Assembly: GCA_021158005.1 (NCBI GenBank) | Contig: JAGGVN010000075.1 | Span: 1 to 59,575, forward strand | DNA from: Candidatus Aerophobota bacterium | GTDB lineage: Bacteria > Aerophobota > Aerophobia > Aerophobales > JAGGVN01 | Reading direction: 5' to 3' | DNA: 59,575 nt | In this document: piece by piece, positions 43,044 to 52,472 of the stretch | Layout of the letters: each line of letters opens with the position of its first letter | Position numbering within the stretch: position 1 is the first letter of the stretch | Made by a program: the position numbers and the translations under genes | The notes under the pieces: generated by a model | Told to the model about the DNA's origin: nothing | Database searches by the model: none | Seen by the model: the letters and a program-made list of their open reading frames with translations, nothing else

Positions 43044-44200
43044 CTTTTTTCCCTCCTTAATTGTCTAAGTACATAACTCCTGATTTCTTGAGGTGAGGGA
43101 AGAGTTCTTACTATCTTTCCTCCCTTTATGAGAGGTTCAAGCAAAGGAACAAAATATCCTCCGCATATGCATTTTTCCTTCTTTTCTCCTTCAGGAAGAA
43201 TGCAAGTTGCACCACAGGAAAAACACCGCCAGACTTGCTTTTTCCCTGCACATTTTCCTCTCTTAGCAAACGGCCTCCCCTCAATTTCTACTATATCCAG
43301 GGAAAAGTCTATAATAGGAGCATTACTTATGTAAGTCCCTACCCCAAAAGCATCACTCAATGGACTTAGCCTTCGAATATTCTCCTCATCCATCCCTCCA
43401 GAGACAAAGAGTTTTATCTCTTTAAATCCATGGAGATCGAGTTCCCACCTTACTTCCTTTAAAATCTCCAGAAAATCACCCCGACGAGAAGAAGGAGTAT
43501 CTAATCTTACAGCAAAAAGATTTTTCCCTAAGATTTTCGCTACCCGCAGGGCTTCGAACTTCTCATCCCCTAAGGTATCTATCAAAGCTACCCTTTTTAT
43601 CTTTGCATCCATAATCTTATGAAAGATTTCTACACTTTTCAAGGTATCTCCACTTAAGAGTACTAAAGCATGAGGAATTGTTCCTACAGGTTCTTCTCCC
43701 ATCTCCTTAGCACTCTTTCCTACAGCCACTCCATCACATCCTCCTATAAAAGAAGCCCTGTCTATCATAAGAGTTATCCCGGGATGCATTCTCCTTGCTC
43801 CAAAATGATAAACGAGTCTATCACCCGCTGCTTTCTTGCAACGAGCTGCTCGCGTAGCTATTCCTGAAGCCTGACAAAGAAAACCAAGAAGAGAAGTCTC
43901 ATACCTGGCAAATTCACCATAATTTCCTTCTATGCTCAAGACCGGTTCTTCAGGATGAAGAAAAGTACCCTCAGGCATACTTTGAACATCAATCTTTAAT
44001 CCTTCCAACAAATAGGCTACTTCGTCCACTCCTGACAATACTGCCCATTTATAATCTTGGGGAAGAACCCGTGCTCTTACCTCTGCCACTACTCGTTTAT
44101 CTAAACCTTCTTCTTTAATAATCTTCTCCGTTCTTTCAAAATAAACATCGGTAATCTTCCCTTCCTTAATATCTTGAAAATCAGAAATGTGGAACATCAT
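43034..44200 (-). CDS. Nicotinate phosphoribosyltransferase (archaeal/short type) with a C-terminal Cys-rich knuckle
   Basis: N-terminal DVYFERT pattern, type II PRTase barrel (RLDTPSSRRG), C-terminal CFSCG...CICGG. The ATG overlaps the oppF TAA by 1 nt (TAATG). Confidence 0.75.
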   Translation of the reverse strand: MMFHISDFQDIKEGKITDVYFERTEKIIKEEGLDKRVVAEVRARVLPQDYKWAVLSGVDEVAYLLEGLKIDVQSMPEGTFLHPEEPVLSIEGNYGEFARYETSLLGFLCQASGIATRAARCKKAAGDRLVYHFGARRMHPGITLMIDRASFIGGCDGVAVGKSAKEMGEEPVGTIPHALVLLSGDTLKSVEIFHKIMDAKIKRVALIDTLGDEKFEALRVAKILGKNLFAVRLDTPSSRRGDFLEILKEVRWELDLHGFKEIKLFVSGGMDEENIRRLSPLSDAFGVGTYISNAPIIDFSLDIVEIEGRPFAKRGKCAGKKQVWRCFSCGATCILPEGEKKEKCICGGYFVPLLEPLIKGGKIVRTLPSPQEIRSYVLRQLRREKSCL

Positions 44201-45270
44201 TATCCTCTTTTATCAAAAAGATGACAGGCTACATAATGATTATCATCTACATTTATTAAAGATGGTTCTTCTTCTCGACATTTCTTCATCGCGTAAGGAC
44301 ATCTCGGATGAAACCGGCATCCCGAAGGAGGATTTGCCGGTGAAGGAACTTCTCCTTTAAGAATCAATCTTTTTTTCTTTATTTCTGGATCAGGAATAGG
44401 AATAGAAGAAAAAAGAGCCCGGGTATAAGGATGAAGACTCTTTTTAAATAATTCTTTAGTTGAAGCTACCTCCACCAACTTCCCTAAATACATAACCCCC
44501 ACACGCTCACTTATATGTTTTACTACTAATAGATGATGGGTAATAAAAAGATAGGTTAAATTAAAATTATCCTGCAAATTGCTAAGCAAATTAAGTATCT
44601 GAGCCTGCACGGAAACATCCAGAGCTGAAGTAGGCTCATCAAGAATCACAAAATCAGGATTTGTAGCCAGGGCCCTGGCGATAGCAACCCTTTGTCTTTG
44701 TCCCCCGCTAAACTCGTGAGGATAACGAAAAAGATGATCTCTGGTGAGTCCCACATAACTCAAAAGCTCTTCCACTCTATCTCTTAAAGCTCTTCCTCTC
44801 ATAAGTTTATGAACTTTTATAGGTTCGGCTACGATATCCTTTATCAACATTCTTGGATTCAATGATGAAGAAGGGTCCTGGAAAACTATTTGCATTCTTC
44901 TCCTTATATCCTTTAACCTCCTTCCTTTAAAAGTAGAAAGATCATACTCTTTTTTAACTCTTTCAAATTTACGAGAATCCATTTCTTTCATTTTTTTTCT
45001 TACTTTTTTGGGGATATCAAAATAAATACTTCCTGAAGTTATTTCTAACAACCGAAGGATAACTTTGGCTAAGGTCGTTTTTCCACAGCCGGATTCACCC
45101 ACCAGGCCAAAACATTCATTTTTCCTCACTTTAAGATCTACTCCATCTACTGCCTTTACTTCCCCTATTTTTTTTCTCAAAACGCCCCCCAGAATAGGAT
45201 AATACTTCCTTAATCCTTTTACTTCTAACAAAGTATCCATTTTTACCTCGAGATATTTGAGGAGGGACAA
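44200..45270 (-). CDS. Oligopeptide/dipeptide ABC transporter ATP-binding protein (OppF/DppF type)
   Basis: Walker A GESGCGKTT, FSGGQRQR, ILDEPTSALD, ITHH. C-terminal oligopeptide-transporter Cys motif GCRFHPRCP. The likely true start is ATG 45240 (MDTLLEV), behind a GAGGT SD. Confidence 0.9.
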   Translation of the reverse strand: MSLLKYLEVKMDTLLEVKGLRKYYPILGGVLRKKIGEVKAVDGVDLKVRKNECFGLVGESGCGKTTLAKVILRLLEITSGSIYFDIPKKVRKKMKEMDSRKFERVKKEYDLSTFKGRRLKDIRRRMQIVFQDPSSSLNPRMLIKDIVAEPIKVHKLMRGRALRDRVEELLSYVGLTRDHLFRYPHEFSGGQRQRVAIARALATNPDFVILDEPTSALDVSVQAQILNLLSNLQDNFNLTYLFITHHLLVVKHISERVGVMYLGKLVEVASTKELFKKSLHPYTRALFSSIPIPDPEIKKKRLILKGEVPSPANPPSGCRFHPRCPYAMKKCREEEPSLINVDDNHYVACHLFDKRG

Positions 45271-45430
45271 TCAACGCTAAAGCTACTCCCCCTTTTCTGC
45301 CACCTTATTTGATAGCTTATCCAAAGAAATTATTGAAATTCCTCTATATACTCAGAGTTATTAGTTCACCTTCCTAGTTTTTAGTAAAAAAACAGTGAAT
45401 GAACCCATAGCAAAAACTAAGAATCAGGAA

Positions 45431-46588
45431 CTAACCCCTTAGAAAATTATGACAGCTTACCCAATGATTATCTTCCACTTCTACCATATCTGGTTTTACC
45501 CGTGCGCAAATTTCCGTAGCATAGTCACACCGGGGATGGAATCTACAACCTTCTGGTGGACTTATTAGATTAGGAACATTCCCCCTTATACTCTCCAATT
45601 TTTTCTCCTCCAAAGTAGGAACAGAATTCATTAGAGCCTTTGTATAAGGATGAGAGGGGTTCTTAAATATCTTTCTTACTTCTGCTAATTCACAAATATT
45701 CCCGGCATACATTACAGCTACATAGTCACACAACTCGGCTACTACTCCCAAATCATGAGTAATAAAAAGGATAGATAACCCTAAATTTTCTTTTAACCTC
45801 CGGATAAGGTCTAAAATTTGAGCCTGAATAGTTACATCCAGATTAGAAGTCGGTTCATCAGCTATTAATAGTCGAGGATTACAGGCAAGAGCAATAGCAA
45901 TTACTATGCGCTGTTGCATGCCTCCGCTAAGTTCATGGGGATATCTTTCCATTATTCTTTGAGGATCAGGAACTCCCAACTTAGTAAGAATATCAACTAC
46001 TCTCCTGGAAACTTCTTTTTTAAGCCAAACCTTATATCTATTAATTAAAGGGAGAAGAGAGATAAATCTTATCCTCAGAGACTTAGAATTTTCCAGCATT
46101 TTTTTATAAATTCTCTTATGAAAACGATAAACAAAATTCTTAAGAAAGAAGTTATCCTCTCTCATATTTTTTTCAATTTCTTCAATAATCGCTTTATATA
46201 ACTCTCTTTTCTGATGAAGAAGAAAACTTTCTGAAATCTGTTCTCCTACAGAATAAACAGGATTTAAAGCTGAACTCGCTTCCTGGAAAATCATAGAAAT
46301 TTCATTTCCCCTCACCCTTCTCAAGAAAACCTCATCTTTACTTAAAAGATCTACAGATAATTCTCCTTTATACCAGAAAAGAACCTTTCCACTCTCTATT
46401 TTTCCCGGAGGCAAAATAAGCCTTAAAATAGAAAGGGCAGTGACACTCTTTCCGCAACCTGTTTCTCCTACTATTCCCAATGTTTTTCCTTCTTTAACAT
46501 CCAGGTCTATTCCATCCAGGGCCCTCACAATTCCCTCATAAGTATAAAAGTTTGTCTTTAAATTTTGAACTTTCAATAATTCTCTCAT
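45431..46588 (-). CDS. Oligopeptide/dipeptide ABC transporter ATP-binding protein (OppD/DppD type) with a ~50-aa insertion
   Basis: GETGCGKSV, LSGGMQQR, LIADEPTSNLD, ITHDLG, GCRFHPRC. Extra helical segment (KAIIEEIEKNMREDNFF...RYKVWLKKE) between the Q-loop and the signature motif. Confidence 0.9.
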   Translation of the reverse strand: MRELLKVQNLKTNFYTYEGIVRALDGIDLDVKEGKTLGIVGETGCGKSVTALSILRLILPPGKIESGKVLFWYKGELSVDLLSKDEVFLRRVRGNEISMIFQEASSALNPVYSVGEQISESFLLHQKRELYKAIIEEIEKNMREDNFFLKNFVYRFHKRIYKKMLENSKSLRIRFISLLPLINRYKVWLKKEVSRRVVDILTKLGVPDPQRIMERYPHELSGGMQQRIVIAIALACNPRLLIADEPTSNLDVTIQAQILDLIRRLKENLGLSILFITHDLGVVAELCDYVAVMYAGNICELAEVRKIFKNPSHPYTKALMNSVPTLEEKKLESIRGNVPNLISPPEGCRFHPRCDYATEICARVKPDMVEVEDNHWVSCHNFLRG

Positions 46589-47529
46589 CTTCTCCTCAGT
46601 CTCGGATCCAAAATATCTCTAAAAGCATCGCCCAGGAGATTCCAACCCAAAACAAAAAAGAGAATAAAAAGTCCGGGTATGGTGATAGTATACCAATAGG
46701 CTAAAGGGTTATCCGGAGGGCCTACAATCCAGTTTCTGGCAAAACTGGTCATCTGTCCCCAGTCTGCATAGCCTACAGGTGCGCCTAATCCCAGAAAACT
46801 TAATGCTGCTGCCGTAAGAACCATTGCTCCTATATCCAGAGAAGCCATTATGAGAAGAGGATAAATGGCATTGGGAAGAACATGTCTGAAAATAATTCTT
46901 AAATTAGAACATCCCACCGCCCTTGCTGCCTCTACATAATCTTCCTCTCGAACAGAGAGAATATCTCCTCGCACTAACCGAGCGTAACTTGGCCATCCAA
47001 CAATAATTAAAGCCTTCATTACATTATCTAAACTGCGTCCCAGGGCAGATACTAAAGCCATAGCTAAAACCAGTGTGGGTAGAGACATAAAAGTATCTAC
47101 AATTCTCATAATTACCTCATCGACCACTCCTCCGTAATATCCAGAGATACTCCCCAAAATTATTCCGATAACTAAAATACTTCCTACTACCGTAAGTCCT
47201 ACCCGAAAAGCTGTGCGTGTTCCCCAGATTACTCCATAATAGATATCATATTGACCTTCAGTAGTTCCAAAAGGATGCTCTGGAGAAGGTGGGCGAGGAA
47301 TAGCGCTATATCCATCTCGGGGAATACGATAAGGATTATGGGGATATTTTGGAGGTGCAAGCTGAGGAGCAAATATAGCTATTCCCAGAAAAAAAATAAT
47401 TAAAGTTAAACCCATCAAAGATAAGGGACTTTTTTTAAAGCGATTAAAGGAAAATTTAATTTCTTTTATTCGAGGAAGTAGCTCTTCTTTAAATTCACTT
47501 CTTTTCCTATTAGTAATACTCACTTTCAT
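46585..47529 (-). CDS. Peptide ABC transporter permease (OppC/DppC type)
   Basis: Multi-TM protein with the EAA-type loop YVEAARAVGCSNLRIIFRHVLPN. Overlaps oppD by 4 nt. Confidence 0.9.
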   Translation of the reverse strand: MKVSITNRKRSEFKEELLPRIKEIKFSFNRFKKSPLSLMGLTLIIFFLGIAIFAPQLAPPKYPHNPYRIPRDGYSAIPRPPSPEHPFGTTEGQYDIYYGVIWGTRTAFRVGLTVVGSILVIGIILGSISGYYGGVVDEVIMRIVDTFMSLPTLVLAMALVSALGRSLDNVMKALIIVGWPSYARLVRGDILSVREEDYVEAARAVGCSNLRIIFRHVLPNAIYPLLIMASLDIGAMVLTAAALSFLGLGAPVGYADWGQMTSFARNWIVGPPDNPLAYWYTITIPGLFILFFVLGWNLLGDAFRDILDPRLRRR

Positions 47530-47534
47530 TAATT

Positions 47535-48563
47535 TTACCCTAATCTTATCCGAGGATCAATATAAGCGTACAAAAGGTCGATTACAAGATTGGTAAGAAC
47601 AAAAAGAACTCCGTTAAAAAGAACCGCTCCTAAAATAGCAGGAATGTCCAGTTGAACGGCTGCTCGCCACCACCACCATCCCAGTCCTTTACGATTAAAT
47701 ATAGTTTCAGTAATAACTACCCCATTCATTAAACCGGCAAAAAGGTAACCGGAAACAGTAATTACCGGAATCATAGCGTTTCTCCGGACGTGTTTTTTAA
47801 TAACTGTCTTCTCATCCGCTCCTTTTGCTCTGGCAGTAATCACATAACCTCTACCCAGAACTTCTAACATACTTGAGCGCATAATTCTCATTACTAAAGC
47901 GCATTGAACCACCGTTAAAGTAATTACCGGGAGAACTAAATGTCTGAGAGCGTCTACAAAAATCCACCATTCTCTATTTAAGAGAGCATCGATGGTATTA
48001 ATCCGGGTAAACCTCATAAAATCTTTGGAATTAACATATAAACTGGAATTTAGCCCCAGGGATTCAGGAGGAAAAAGTCCTTTGAAATATCCATAAAAAA
48101 TCATTAAAAGTAATAGTCCAAACCAGAAAGTAGGAAGGGACCAGCCAATAATAGCTATTGCTCGGGTAATATGGTCAACGGATTTATCCTGATGTACCGC
48201 CGCTGTACTTCCTAAATAGATGCCTATCAAAATAATAAAAGGAGCAGAGAAGAGACTAAGTTCCACCGTATTAGGAAGAAAATAAAAAAAGGCTTCCAGC
48301 ACCGGTCTTGAAGCTGTTTTTGACCATCCCAGATTCCCTTTCAAAACTTCTTTTATCCAGGAAAAGTACTGCATATAAATAGGAGCATCCAGGTGATGCT
48401 TCCTAATTACTCCCTGAATATCTCTCAATTGCCTAACATCAGTAATAAAAGTAGCCGCTCTTTGTTCAGGACTGAACAAAGAAAGAATCGCAAAGATAAT
48501 AATACTTACTCCAAATAATACCGGAATAACTAATAAAACTCTTCTAATAATATAACTTTTCAT
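47535..48563 (-). CDS. Peptide ABC transporter permease (OppB/DppB type)
   Basis: N-terminal YIIRRVLLVIPVLFGVSIIIF and the loop YVITARAKGADEKTVIKKHVRRNA. Confidence 0.9.
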   Translation of the reverse strand: MKSYIIRRVLLVIPVLFGVSIIIFAILSLFSPEQRAATFITDVRQLRDIQGVIRKHHLDAPIYMQYFSWIKEVLKGNLGWSKTASRPVLEAFFYFLPNTVELSLFSAPFIILIGIYLGSTAAVHQDKSVDHITRAIAIIGWSLPTFWFGLLLLMIFYGYFKGLFPPESLGLNSSLYVNSKDFMRFTRINTIDALLNREWWIFVDALRHLVLPVITLTVVQCALVMRIMRSSMLEVLGRGYVITARAKGADEKTVIKKHVRRNAMIPVITVSGYLFAGLMNGVVITETIFNRKGLGWWWWRAAVQLDIPAILGAVLFNGVLFVLTNLVIDLLYAYIDPRIRLG

Positions 48564-48693
48564 CTTTCAAAATCTTAAGGACTTCTCTCTTAAAGCAATA
48601 TTTATTCTCTTTTTGTTCTTTCTGAAAAAAAGGAAGACTTTAATCTCCTCATTCTACGCTTATTCTAAGAAGATTAAAATATACACCTTTTAA

Positions 48694-48724
48694 GATGAGG
48701 CGGGCCTCTTAGTCCCGCCTCATC
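48694..48724 (-). terminator. GC-rich stem-loop between the substrate-binding-protein gene and the permease genes
   Basis: GATGAGGCGGG-(9 nt)-CCCGCCTCATC, an 11-bp perfect stem, 34 nt after the SBP stop. On the minus strand it is followed by TTAAAAGG, which is not a strong U-tract. Confidence 0.5.
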
Positions 48725-48757
48725 TACTTTTCCTCCTCTTTCTTAACAACGAGAAAT

Positions 48758-50515
48758 CTATCCCTTGGAAAGAGAATAGAAATATCCTCCTAAACCTGCA
48801 TTAGGAAGAATAGGATTATAGTACCATCCTTTTACCCAATCTCTCTCATAGTGGCGACCAAGCGGCTGATGAAGACCAACTCCGGGAACATCTATATAAT
48901 AAATCATCTGGAGCTGATCGTAGTATCTTTTTCTTATGGTGGGATTAACTTCCTCTATTCCCCTCTTTATCAATCCATCCACAATGGGATTACGGTAACT
49001 TTGCCATTTAGAAAAAGTTCCCTCACTATGCATATAGGGATAAACAAAGTTATGAGGATCAGGATAATCTGCCAGCCAGCCAATAATAAACAGGGTTAAT
49101 TTACCGGTAACAATATCTCTCACATAATCTGCCCACTCTACTGGTCTTATTTCTATCCTGAATTTGGGATTAAGAGCTTCTATATTGTCTCTAAAGATAC
49201 TGGCTGCTGTTTGTCTCTGTACATTTCCGCTATTATAAAGAATGGTTAGTTTAAACCCTTTTTTCCAGAGTTCTCCGCCCCAGGCTTTTTTGAAATGTTC
49301 TTCAGCCTTCTTAGGATCGTAATAATAAACTTCCTGCTCAGGATTATAAAATGGTAATCCTTTGATTATGGGTCCTGTAGGCTGGATAGCTTCTCCCATC
49401 CAGGCATCCTTAAGATAAGTCTCATAGTCAAAAGAATAAGCGAAGCCAAGGCGCACATCTTTATCAGAGAAGAAATCAGGAGGAATTCCCTTTCCATCAA
49501 GCTTTCCACTCCCAATATAAGGATTCCCCTCAGGATTTATCTTAAAGTTAAAAAAAGCAGAACCCTGAGAAAGAGAAGGAAGATCTTTATAAACTCTTAT
49601 TCCTTCTACTCCTTCCAGCTCTTTTATATACTGGCGGGGAACATATATCGTATCGGCATCTCCAGCCAGAAACATAAGCTTTCGGGTAGTCCATTCATCC
49701 ACTATCTTTATAATTACTCTTTTAAGCTTTGCCGGTTCTCTCCAATAATCATCATTTCTCACAAATACTATTTCTACTCCCGGATCCCATCTCTCCAGTT
49801 TAAACGGACCTGTTCCACAAGCTATCTTATGAAGAGTCTCCTTTCCGGGGGCAGGATTATTATATTCTTTCCAGGTATCCTTTGTTCCCGGCCAACCTCC
49901 ATTCTCCACCACAAACTTTTTATTAACCACCGAAGCCCAGGTATTTGCCAGAATGGAAAGGAAAGGAGGATAAGGTTTCTTTAAATGGAAGACAACACTA
50001 TCACCTTTAACTTCTACAGCTTTATCTATATCTTCAAATTTAATAACAATATTACCCTCCGCATCGCGGGAGCCAGAAATACCCAGCAAGGGTTCATAAA
50101 GCATCCATACTGGCCCTCCATCTCTATCCTGAACCATCGCTCTTTCAATAGAATATTCAACATCTTCCGGTGTCAAAGGTTCCCCATTATGAAACTTTAC
50201 TCCTTTTCTTATAGGAAAAGTATAAGTTAAGCCATCCGGGGAAATTAATCCATTCTCTACACTGGGGACTTGGGTAGCTAACAGAGGAACAAAACTATCC
50301 GTTCTCTCTCCCTTCCAGAAAATAAGAGTCTCACATATAGTTTGAATAGCTTCGCCACTGGCGGTATCATAAGCCCAGGCGGGGTCAAGCGAATCTATTG
50401 TCCCTATTGTCGCCTCAACAAAAGTATCTGGATTTTTTACTTCCCCTGCCAAAGCAAAAAAAGATAAACCAACCATCAATATCCCTATTACTCCTGTTAT
50501 AAGTCCCTTCTTCAC
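48758..50515 (-). CDS. ABC transporter substrate-binding protein, family 5 (OppA/DppA-like)
   Basis: Signal peptide, SBP family 5 architecture, 585 aa. GTG start behind an AGGAGG SD. Confidence 0.9.
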   Translation of the reverse strand: MKKGLITGVIGILMVGLSFFALAGEVKNPDTFVEATIGTIDSLDPAWAYDTASGEAIQTICETLIFWKGERTDSFVPLLATQVPSVENGLISPDGLTYTFPIRKGVKFHNGEPLTPEDVEYSIERAMVQDRDGGPVWMLYEPLLGISGSRDAEGNIVIKFEDIDKAVEVKGDSVVFHLKKPYPPFLSILANTWASVVNKKFVVENGGWPGTKDTWKEYNNPAPGKETLHKIACGTGPFKLERWDPGVEIVFVRNDDYWREPAKLKRVIIKIVDEWTTRKLMFLAGDADTIYVPRQYIKELEGVEGIRVYKDLPSLSQGSAFFNFKINPEGNPYIGSGKLDGKGIPPDFFSDKDVRLGFAYSFDYETYLKDAWMGEAIQPTGPIIKGLPFYNPEQEVYYYDPKKAEEHFKKAWGGELWKKGFKLTILYNSGNVQRQTAASIFRDNIEALNPKFRIEIRPVEWADYVRDIVTGKLTLFIIGWLADYPDPHNFVYPYMHSEGTFSKWQSYRNPIVDGLIKRGIEEVNPTIRKRYYDQLQMIYYIDVPGVGLHQPLGRHYERDWVKGWYYNPILPNAGLGGYFYSLSKG

Positions 50516-50613
50516 TTTTTAGCCTCCTTATAATTTAAATTTGATTTTAAAAAACCTTCACCCCCTTCCTTTCTCTCATTTTTATATCGATAATAAAGGT
50601 TATGACTATGCTT

Positions 50614-50641
50614 ATTATATAAATCTCTTCCTTAAAGTCAA
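50614..50641 (-). promoter_or_regulatory. Sigma70-like promoter of the opp string
   Basis: Minus strand: TTGACT (50641..50636), 16-nt spacer, TATAAT (50619..50614). Lies ~100 nt upstream of the SBP start. Confidence 0.45.
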
Positions 50642-50672
50642 TCCTTTCAACTAAGCTTCTTCTTAATTACAT

Positions 50673-52472
50673 TTAAAAAAGTCGTGCTTTTATCTCCAGG
50701 ATAAATTTCTCTGGAGGGAGATGATAATCTTTCAACACCTCATAGTTGTTACGTTGCCATTCTATACTACATTTTACATCTTTTCCTAAATTTTTCGAAA
50801 TCCTTAATTTCTCTTTCCAGCCCGAAGGAAGAACTTCCATAGTATCTTCCCGGTAATACCTCTCCCCTATAGTCTCTCCCCCAACCTCAATCTTCCAATC
50901 ATCATTTTCCCATCTTAACCAGAGTTCCCCCTTAGTTTGAGGATATCCTGGAACTACTCTTTCGGGAATTCCCACTCCCTCTTCAGTATTCCTTATCTTC
51001 TGGTAGGTATAAATAATCTCTTGCTGAAAATTATCATTAAAACAATGCCAGAATTTAGCTCTCCCACCCTGCAAAAGTATCTTTCTATCAAGGGGTTTAA
51101 TTAAAAAATCCTCTTCATTCCAGATAATATCCCTTCCTTCTCTTAAAAATCCCTCAAGGGAAAGATTCATACGCGGAGAAAATTCATAATTCCAGCTTAT
51201 CCTGTAATCCCATAAGTCTCGAGGAGTGAGCAAAAACTCCTCTTCTGTATTGATAAGAGTATAATCATTGTCTAAATAAAGTTTCTCGCAATCAGGCAAG
51301 AAATACATCCTTTCTCCGGTTATCTGAATCCGCATCTGGGGATTAATTAGATAAAGTATTTTAAAATAAGGTAAAAATTGAGCTTCTTCATCTTCTACCC
51401 ATTTTACTCCTGTGCGCACAGTTAAAACTAAATTCTTTTTTTGGCTAAAAGTAAGACCATCGCCTCTTAACCAGAAATGAGTCTGCGTAGAATTACTATT
51501 CAAACTTTCCCGATTAAAATTGAGTCCAATGCTTAAAGAAGTTCCTTTTACCCTGAGCTTTGCGCTCGTTCTTAAGAAACTTCCTTCCCATTCCTCATCT
51601 TTATAAGGATAACTTATCCGAAAGTTTCCTATTTCTCCTTCTATAAGGAAATTTTCTAATTTTTGTCCTCCTGTTATCCTGAGTTTTTCTTTATCTATCT
51701 CTTTTTGCTCAGATAAACCGATTTTTTCCCGAGATTTTTCCAGCTCCAGGTAGCTCTTCTTTTTCTTTGGAAGATTCCAGGAAGAGTTAATGACCACTCC
51801 ATCAGTATCCTTATCTAAAATCTCTCCTCTATACTTAATCTCAAAAGGAAGATAATCCCGATGGAAACTAAGAAAATAACTAAATTCTTTTAGACTCCTT
51901 CCGTAATTTAACTGATAAGAGAAACTTTCTTGAGTAGCCAAATAAGTATAGAGATGAAGATAAGGAAAAGAGGATTTTTCTTTTGTAACAGGGAAAATCT
52001 TCTCTCCCAGAGAAACTTGAGGAGAAGGAAAACTTAACTTTTTCTCTGAAGGAGAAGGATAAACAGTCTCTTTTTCCTCTCTTTGGGGAAGAGAGATAAA
52101 TCTTTCCCCGGTAAAATTATAGGATAAAGAAGGAATTTGAGGAGAAATATGGGGTAGAGGAGAAGGAGCTCTACTTTTCAGAGAAGGTAAAGGTCTCTTC
52201 TCTTTCTCTACTAAATCTATCTTCTCTTTCTCTAAAGGAGGAGGAGTCTTCTCTCCTAAAGAAGGAGAAAGAGAAGGAAGAGTTAACTTTTTCTCAGGTA
52301 AATATGTTCTTGAGGCTATTCCTGTAGTCTTTTTTCTTATTATTTCCAGATAAGATTTATCTTTTCCCTTCACTATTATAGTAGGGAGTTCTGTAGGAAG
52401 AGGCTCCTCCTGAGTCCAACCACTTGTAGATAAAATAAAAAGAAGTATTCCTCCCAAAACTATCTTTTTCAT
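50673..52472 (-). CDS. Hypothetical outer-membrane protein: signal peptide, Pro/Ser/Leu-rich linker with two KKL(T/S)(L/F)PS...SLGEK repeats, and a probable beta-barrel ending in Phe
   Basis: Signal peptide MKKIVLGGILLFILSTSGWT. Alternating-pattern C-terminal ~400 aa with C-terminal ...EIKARLF (aromatic OMP beta-signal). The ATG directly abuts the TPR gene stop (TAAATG). Confidence 0.5.
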   Translation of the reverse strand: MKKIVLGGILLFILSTSGWTQEEPLPTELPTIIVKGKDKSYLEIIRKKTTGIASRTYLPEKKLTLPSLSPSLGEKTPPPLEKEKIDLVEKEKRPLPSLKSRAPSPLPHISPQIPSLSYNFTGERFISLPQREEKETVYPSPSEKKLSFPSPQVSLGEKIFPVTKEKSSFPYLHLYTYLATQESFSYQLNYGRSLKEFSYFLSFHRDYLPFEIKYRGEILDKDTDGVVINSSWNLPKKKKSYLELEKSREKIGLSEQKEIDKEKLRITGGQKLENFLIEGEIGNFRISYPYKDEEWEGSFLRTSAKLRVKGTSLSIGLNFNRESLNSNSTQTHFWLRGDGLTFSQKKNLVLTVRTGVKWVEDEEAQFLPYFKILYLINPQMRIQITGERMYFLPDCEKLYLDNDYTLINTEEEFLLTPRDLWDYRISWNYEFSPRMNLSLEGFLREGRDIIWNEEDFLIKPLDRKILLQGGRAKFWHCFNDNFQQEIIYTYQKIRNTEEGVGIPERVVPGYPQTKGELWLRWENDDWKIEVGGETIGERYYREDTMEVLPSGWKEKLRISKNLGKDVKCSIEWQRNNYEVLKDYHLPPEKFILEIKARLF

